A stretch of 64,000 nt of DNA, from assembly GCA_964467385.1 (NCBI GenBank), contig CAYXQC010000003.1, forward strand, positions 37,798 through 101,797, given 5' to 3'. The notes beneath the pieces were generated by a model that was not told where the DNA came from, made no database searches, and was given only the letters and a program-made list of their open reading frames with translations. Each line of letters starts with the position of its first letter. Positions within the stretch are counted from its first letter, which is position 1. The stretch comes from an uncultured Candidatus Saccharibacteria bacterium. GTDB lineage: Bacteria; Patescibacteriota; Minisyncoccia; Phycocordibacterales; CAIZLB01. This document shows, one piece after another, positions 60,291-64,000 of the stretch. The position numbers and the translations under genes are program-made.

Positions 60291-60824
60291 TTATGCGGCT
60301 TTCTTACCCTGCTTTCGTCGGATAACTTCACCTTCATATCGGAATCCTTTACCCTTATATGGTTCAGGTTTCTTCAAAGCTCGGATCTGTGATGCAAACT
60401 GGCTTGTAACTTCCTTGTCAGCACCTGTAATAGTAACAATACCCTTTTCAGATGTAACAGTAACTCCTGCTGGAATTTCTTTTTTAACAGGATGTGAGAA
60501 GCCGAGGGCCATGTTAAGAGTTGAGCCCTGAACATCAGCTTTGTATCCAATACCTTCAAGGATAAGTTTTTCAGTGTAGCCTTCATTTACACCTTTGATC
60601 ATGTTCTTGATATGAGATGCGTATGTACCCCAAAGTGCTGTAGTAGCAATATCGTTTTTCTGTGGTACGAGAGTAATTTCAGAACCATTGATATTGATAG
60701 CAATGACAGATTTGAAATTTCGCTTAAGTTCAGCTTTTGGTCCTTTCACAGTCAACACACCATCAAGAAGGGTAACTTCTGTTTTTGCTGGGATTATGAT
60801 GATTTGCTTTCCTACTCGTGACAT
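60291..60824 (-). CDS. rplF: 50S ribosomal protein L6
   Basis: MSRVGKQ, PEPYKGKGFRY. Confidence 0.97.
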   Translation of the reverse strand: MSRVGKQIIIIPAKTEVTLLDGVLTVKGPKAELKRNFKSVIAININGSEITLVPQKNDIATTALWGTYASHIKNMIKGVNEGYTEKLILEGIGYKADVQGSTLNMALGFSHPVKKEIPAGVTVTSEKGIVTITGADKEVTSQFASQIRALKKPEPYKGKGFRYEGEVIRRKQGKKAA

Positions 60825-60871
60825 GTTGGTTGTTTAAGTTAATTAATGTTTATTATGATTGTGTTGATCGA

Positions 60872-61261
60872 CTACCACATTTTGAAAAGAGGCTCTCCTC
60901 CAACTTTTGCTTTTCGAGCTTCTGCATCTGTCATTACACCCTTTGGAGTTGTAAGAACAAGGATACCGTAGCCGTTTCGCACACCATGCACATCAGCTGC
61001 GCTTGTGTATAGTCTTCGTGAGTTTTTTGAGATCTGCTGCACACCTTCAATCTTTGACTTACCATCTTCGTATGCGAGTTCAATTTCAAGAGTTTTAATA
61101 GCTTTTTTGCCTTTCTTTGAGAAAGACTTGATGTAGCCAGTTTTTTCGAGAGTCTTAAGAATCTCTTCTGTATAGTTTGAATGAGGAAGTGAAAGAATCT
61201 CCTTGCCGGCAAGGTTAGAAACTTTAAGGTTATGGATGAGTTGTGAAATTTTGTCTACCAT
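60872..61261 (-). CDS. rpsH: 30S ribosomal protein S8
   Basis: ISKNSRRLY, TTPKGVMTD, GGE. Confidence 0.96.
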   Translation of the reverse strand: MVDKISQLIHNLKVSNLAGKEILSLPHSNYTEEILKTLEKTGYIKSFSKKGKKAIKTLEIELAYEDGKSKIEGVQQISKNSRRLYTSAADVHGVRNGYGILVLTTPKGVMTDAEARKAKVGGEPLFKMW

Positions 61262-61440
61262 GATGCTTTTTTAATACCTGGAATAAGACCTTCATTTGCA
61301 GCCTCTCGGAAGCAGATTCGGCACATGTCAAAGTCTCGCATGTAGCCTCGTCCTCGACCACATCGAAAACATCGTCGAGTTACTCGACTCTTGAATTTCG
61401 GTGTCTTTTTTGATCGTGCTACTGTTGATGTCTTTGCCAT
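61255..61440 (-). CDS. rpsN: 30S ribosomal protein S14 (zinc-binding type Z)
   Basis: RCFRCGR...CRICFRE. Confidence 0.96.
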   Translation of the reverse strand: MAKTSTVARSKKTPKFKSRVTRRCFRCGRGRGYMRDFDMCRICFREAANEGLIPGIKKASW

Positions 61441-61476
61441 AATTTTGATTAAATGTGTTCGTTGATGCTAACAATT

Positions 61477-62031
61477 CTACTTCGCTGTGTCAATCTTCTT
61501 GAAGAGAAAACCGAGGAGTTTTAATACTTCTTCAGTTTCCGCCTTTGTCTTTGCTGTAGTTACGATATTAACAGCAAAACCAAACACATCCTTAATATCC
61601 TCATCCGCTGTTTCAGGGAAAACTGTGTGTTCCTTGATACCGAGCGTGTAGTTACCCATAGCATCGATTGACTTAAGCTCAATACCTCGAAAGTCTCGAG
61701 TTCGAGGAAGTGCAATATTCACAAGTTTTTCAAGGAAGCTCCACATTCGTTCACCACGAAGAGTAACCTGCCAACCTACCGCATCACCCTGTCGAACTTT
61801 GAATGAAGCAATGGATTTCTTTGCAGATTTAACAGTTGCTTTCTGACCAGCGATTTTTGTAAGTCGGTCTCCAATAAGAGCTTTTCGCTTTTGATCCTTG
61901 ATAGAACCGGTAGTTGAAGAAAGAGTTACCTTTACTATTTTTGGAGCCTGAAGAGGATTTTTGTAACCAAATTTCCCTTTCATTGCTTCGTAAAATCCTG
62001 CTTGTTTTTGTTTTGCTGTATCGTGTTTCAT
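61477..62031 (-). CDS. rplE: 50S ribosomal protein L5
   Basis: IAGQK, SIASFKVR, LPRTRDFRG. Confidence 0.97.
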   Translation of the reverse strand: MKHDTAKQKQAGFYEAMKGKFGYKNPLQAPKIVKVTLSSTTGSIKDQKRKALIGDRLTKIAGQKATVKSAKKSIASFKVRQGDAVGWQVTLRGERMWSFLEKLVNIALPRTRDFRGIELKSIDAMGNYTLGIKEHTVFPETADEDIKDVFGFAVNIVTTAKTKAETEEVLKLLGFLFKKIDTAK

Positions 62032-62067
62032 GGCTTTTGTATTATTTCGCTTTTAGCTAGGATTGAT

Positions 62068-62283
62068 CTATTTCTTTGCAACGTTAGAAACGTGAATTGG
62101 AGCTGACCTTTCGATAAGCTGACCTTTCTTATCTTTTGTTCGCGCTTTCTGGTGCTTTTTCTGAAGATTCACGCCTTCAACAACAACACGATCAACCTTA
62201 GGCATAGCCTTGATGACCTTTCCTGTCTTGCCTTTATCCTTTCCGGCAATCACTATTACGTTGTCTCCTTTTTTGATCTTCAT
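62068..62283 (-). CDS. rplX: 50S ribosomal protein L24 (short)
   Basis: [26 protein letters not shown]. Confidence 0.95.
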   Translation of the reverse strand: MKIKKGDNVIVIAGKDKGKTGKVIKAMPKVDRVVVEGVNLQKKHQKARTKDKKGQLIERSAPIHVSNVAKK

Positions 62284-62341
62284 GTTGATTTTGTTAATTA
62301 TTGAATGGTTTGAATTTTGCAACTCTGTTCAGAGTTATAGA

Positions 62342-62722
62342 CTATACGATTTCTGGTGCAAGTGAAGCGATCTTCTGATAGCCTCGTTCTGCGAGTTCTC
62401 GTGGAATTGGACCGAAAATACGACCTGCAAGTGGTTCGGTCTTGTCTTTTCCACCTTTTGTAAGGACAACTACTGCATTTTCATCGAATCGAACGTATGA
62501 ACCGTCTTTTCGTCGGTATGCTTTTCGCTGTCGAACAACTACACCAGTAAGAACGTCCTTTTTCTTCACAGCTTTTCGAGGCTGAGCCTTCTGAACTGAG
62601 AATACTACAGTGTCGCCGATTTCAGCGTATCGCTTTTTTGAGCTGCCAAGCACTTTGAAAATTCGGCCAATTGTTGCTCCTGAGTTATCTGCTATTGAAA
62701 CGAGTGATCGATCTTGAATCAT
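62342..62722 (-). CDS. rplN: 50S ribosomal protein L14
   Basis: ADNSGA, RFDENA, RIFGPI, SLAPEIV. Confidence 0.97.
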   Translation of the reverse strand: MIQDRSLVSIADNSGATIGRIFKVLGSSKKRYAEIGDTVVFSVQKAQPRKAVKKKDVLTGVVVRQRKAYRRKDGSYVRFDENAVVVLTKGGKDKTEPLAGRIFGPIPRELAERGYQKIASLAPEIV

Positions 62723-62741
62723 GGTGGTATTGTTATGCGAT

Positions 62742-62990
62742 TTACGCGATTACGATAAAGTGTTTATCTTTTGAAATAGGTCGACATTCCTCAATAGATA
62801 CCTTGTCACCAATCTTCTTGGTGTTTCCAGGGTTATGAGCCTTATATTTCTTTGTTCGTACAATGTACTTATTGTACTTCGGAGCCTTGATAAATCGTTC
62901 TACCAAAACAGTTGCAGTATCTTTCATCTTGTCAGATACAACAATTCCCTTGAGTACTTTTTTCTTTGTAGTTGTTTGTGCTTTTGTCAT
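62742..62990 (-). CDS. rpsQ: 30S ribosomal protein S17
   Basis: GIVVSDKMKDT, ECRPISKDK. Confidence 0.96.
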   Translation of the reverse strand: MTKAQTTTKKKVLKGIVVSDKMKDTATVLVERFIKAPKYNKYIVRTKKYKAHNPGNTKKIGDKVSIEECRPISKDKHFIVIA

Positions 62991-62998
62991 GGTAGTGA

Positions 62999-63238
62999 TT
63001 ATTTATTTTCAACTTTAGTTGCTGCAGCTTTCTCAGCGACCGATGCTTTATCAAGAGTTGTAAGAACAGTCATGATCTGCGCGATTTCCTTTCGGATATT
63101 CTTACCTTCTTTTACATTCTTAGTCTTAGAACGAGTGTTGCCAAGCTTGAAAGACTGCAAAGCATCCTTCTTTTCAGTAAGAAGCTTGATGAGATCTTTC
63201 TTGTTTTTATCTGCAATTTTTTGAAATGACTTTGACAT
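62999..63238 (-). CDS. rpmC: 50S ribosomal protein L29
   Basis: IRKEIAQIMT; between rplP and rpsQ. Confidence 0.9.
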   Translation of the reverse strand: MSKSFQKIADKNKKDLIKLLTEKKDALQSFKLGNTRSKTKNVKEGKNIRKEIAQIMTVLTTLDKASVAEKAAATKVENK

Positions 63239-63276
63239 GGCTCGTTCTTTATTTTTATAAATTATATATTCGCGTT

Positions 63277-63699
63277 TTAGTGTGATCGTGCAATGATCTT
63301 TGTCTTCAAAGGAAGCTTTGTGCCAGCCTTTCGGAGAGCTTCTTTTGCCTCAGCATCAATGATGCCGTCTACTTCGAAGATCACTCGACCTGGTCGGATC
63401 TCTACGCAGAATCCCTGTGGATCACCTTTACCCTTACCCATCGGTACTTCGGCAGCCTTTTGTGTCCATGGTCGGTCTGGGAATACTCGAATCCAGATTC
63501 GGCCAGTCTTTCCAGCTGAACGTGCGATAACCTTTCGTGCAGATTCAATCTGATTAGAAGTGATGTGGTTGTATGTGACAGCCTTAAGACCAAATGATCC
63601 GAAGCTAAGGTCAGTACCTCGTGTTTCAGGAGCCAAGAACTTTGGGTTCTGTCGGTTCTTTTGCCATTTTCGGAATTTTACTTTCTTTGGATACAACAT
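63277..63699 (-). CDS. rplP: 50S ribosomal protein L16
   Basis: MLYPKKVKFRK, WIRVFPD, MGKGKG. Confidence 0.97.
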   Translation of the reverse strand: MLYPKKVKFRKWQKNRQNPKFLAPETRGTDLSFGSFGLKAVTYNHITSNQIESARKVIARSAGKTGRIWIRVFPDRPWTQKAAEVPMGKGKGDPQGFCVEIRPGRVIFEVDGIIDAEAKEALRKAGTKLPLKTKIIARSH

Positions 63700-63733
63700 G
63701 GTAGTTTAGTTAATCGTAGTGAAAAAACTGATG

Positions 63734-64000
63734 TTATTTATTGAAAACATCACCCTGATAAATCCAGACCTTGATACCGATATTACCGTATGGCAAGTTT
63801 GCTTCATATCGCTTGAAGTCAATATTTGCTCGGAATGTCTGTAGCGGGATTCGACCTTTTTTGAGTTCCTCCTGTCTAGCCATTTCTGCTCCACCGAGAC
63901 GGCCTGAAAGGAAGATTCGAACACCCTTTACCTCTCGACATGCCATAACTTTATCGATCATCTGCTTCATTACTCGTCGGAATGGCATTCGTTTTTCAAG
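63734..64000 (-). CDS. rpsC: 30S ribosomal protein S3 (C-terminal part; runs off the right edge)
   Basis: [34 protein letters not shown]. Confidence 0.96.
   Translation of the reverse strand, partial: LEKRMPFRRVMKQMIDKVMACREVKGVRIFLSGRLGGAEMARQEELKKGRIPLQTFRANIDFKRYEANLPYGNIGIKVWIYQGDVFNK

Noticed and set aside
1-64000. Alternative genetic code (UGA as Gly)
   Set aside because: Conserved genes translate full length under code 11 and TGA serves as a stop, for example in the sigma and DoxX-like genes.

Overview
Bacterial chromosomal window with the signature of a Patescibacteria/CPR (Parcubacteria-like) genome, inferred from the pilM-N-O-pilB cluster beside comF, the absence of rpmD/L30 from the spc operon and a tRNA-Ile(UAU). 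Left to right: type IV pilus/competence genes (1-5075); tRNA-Ser(GCT); a ~14 kb accessory island at the tRNA 3' end (5195-19199) with a large serine recombinase, two DNA methyltransferases, small and large terminase-like genes but no capsid, portal or tail genes, a TIGR02391-like protein, a split PEP-dikinase-like pair with a His-phosphatase, and several non-coding motif arrays; a mini element with the same ends; an ECF sigma/anti-sigma locus with a readable promoter motif; DNA repair genes (ogt, mutY-like, recG); tRNA-Ile, ftsH, smpB, tmRNA; assorted metabolic and membrane genes; infC-rpmI-rplT; ndk; a VirD4/TraD-like ATPase; map, adk, ppaC, secY and the spc/S10 ribosomal protein genes. The most notable signals are the capsid-less terminase-methyltransferase-recombinase element with its non-autonomous partner, a structured repeat that follows the tRNA-like genes and re-creates their 3' ends, a tandem pair of ~128-bp modules whose GTNNAC cores have switched in concert, and two unannotated promoter-driven structured RNAs. 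All product calls come from reading motifs by eye; no database searches were run.
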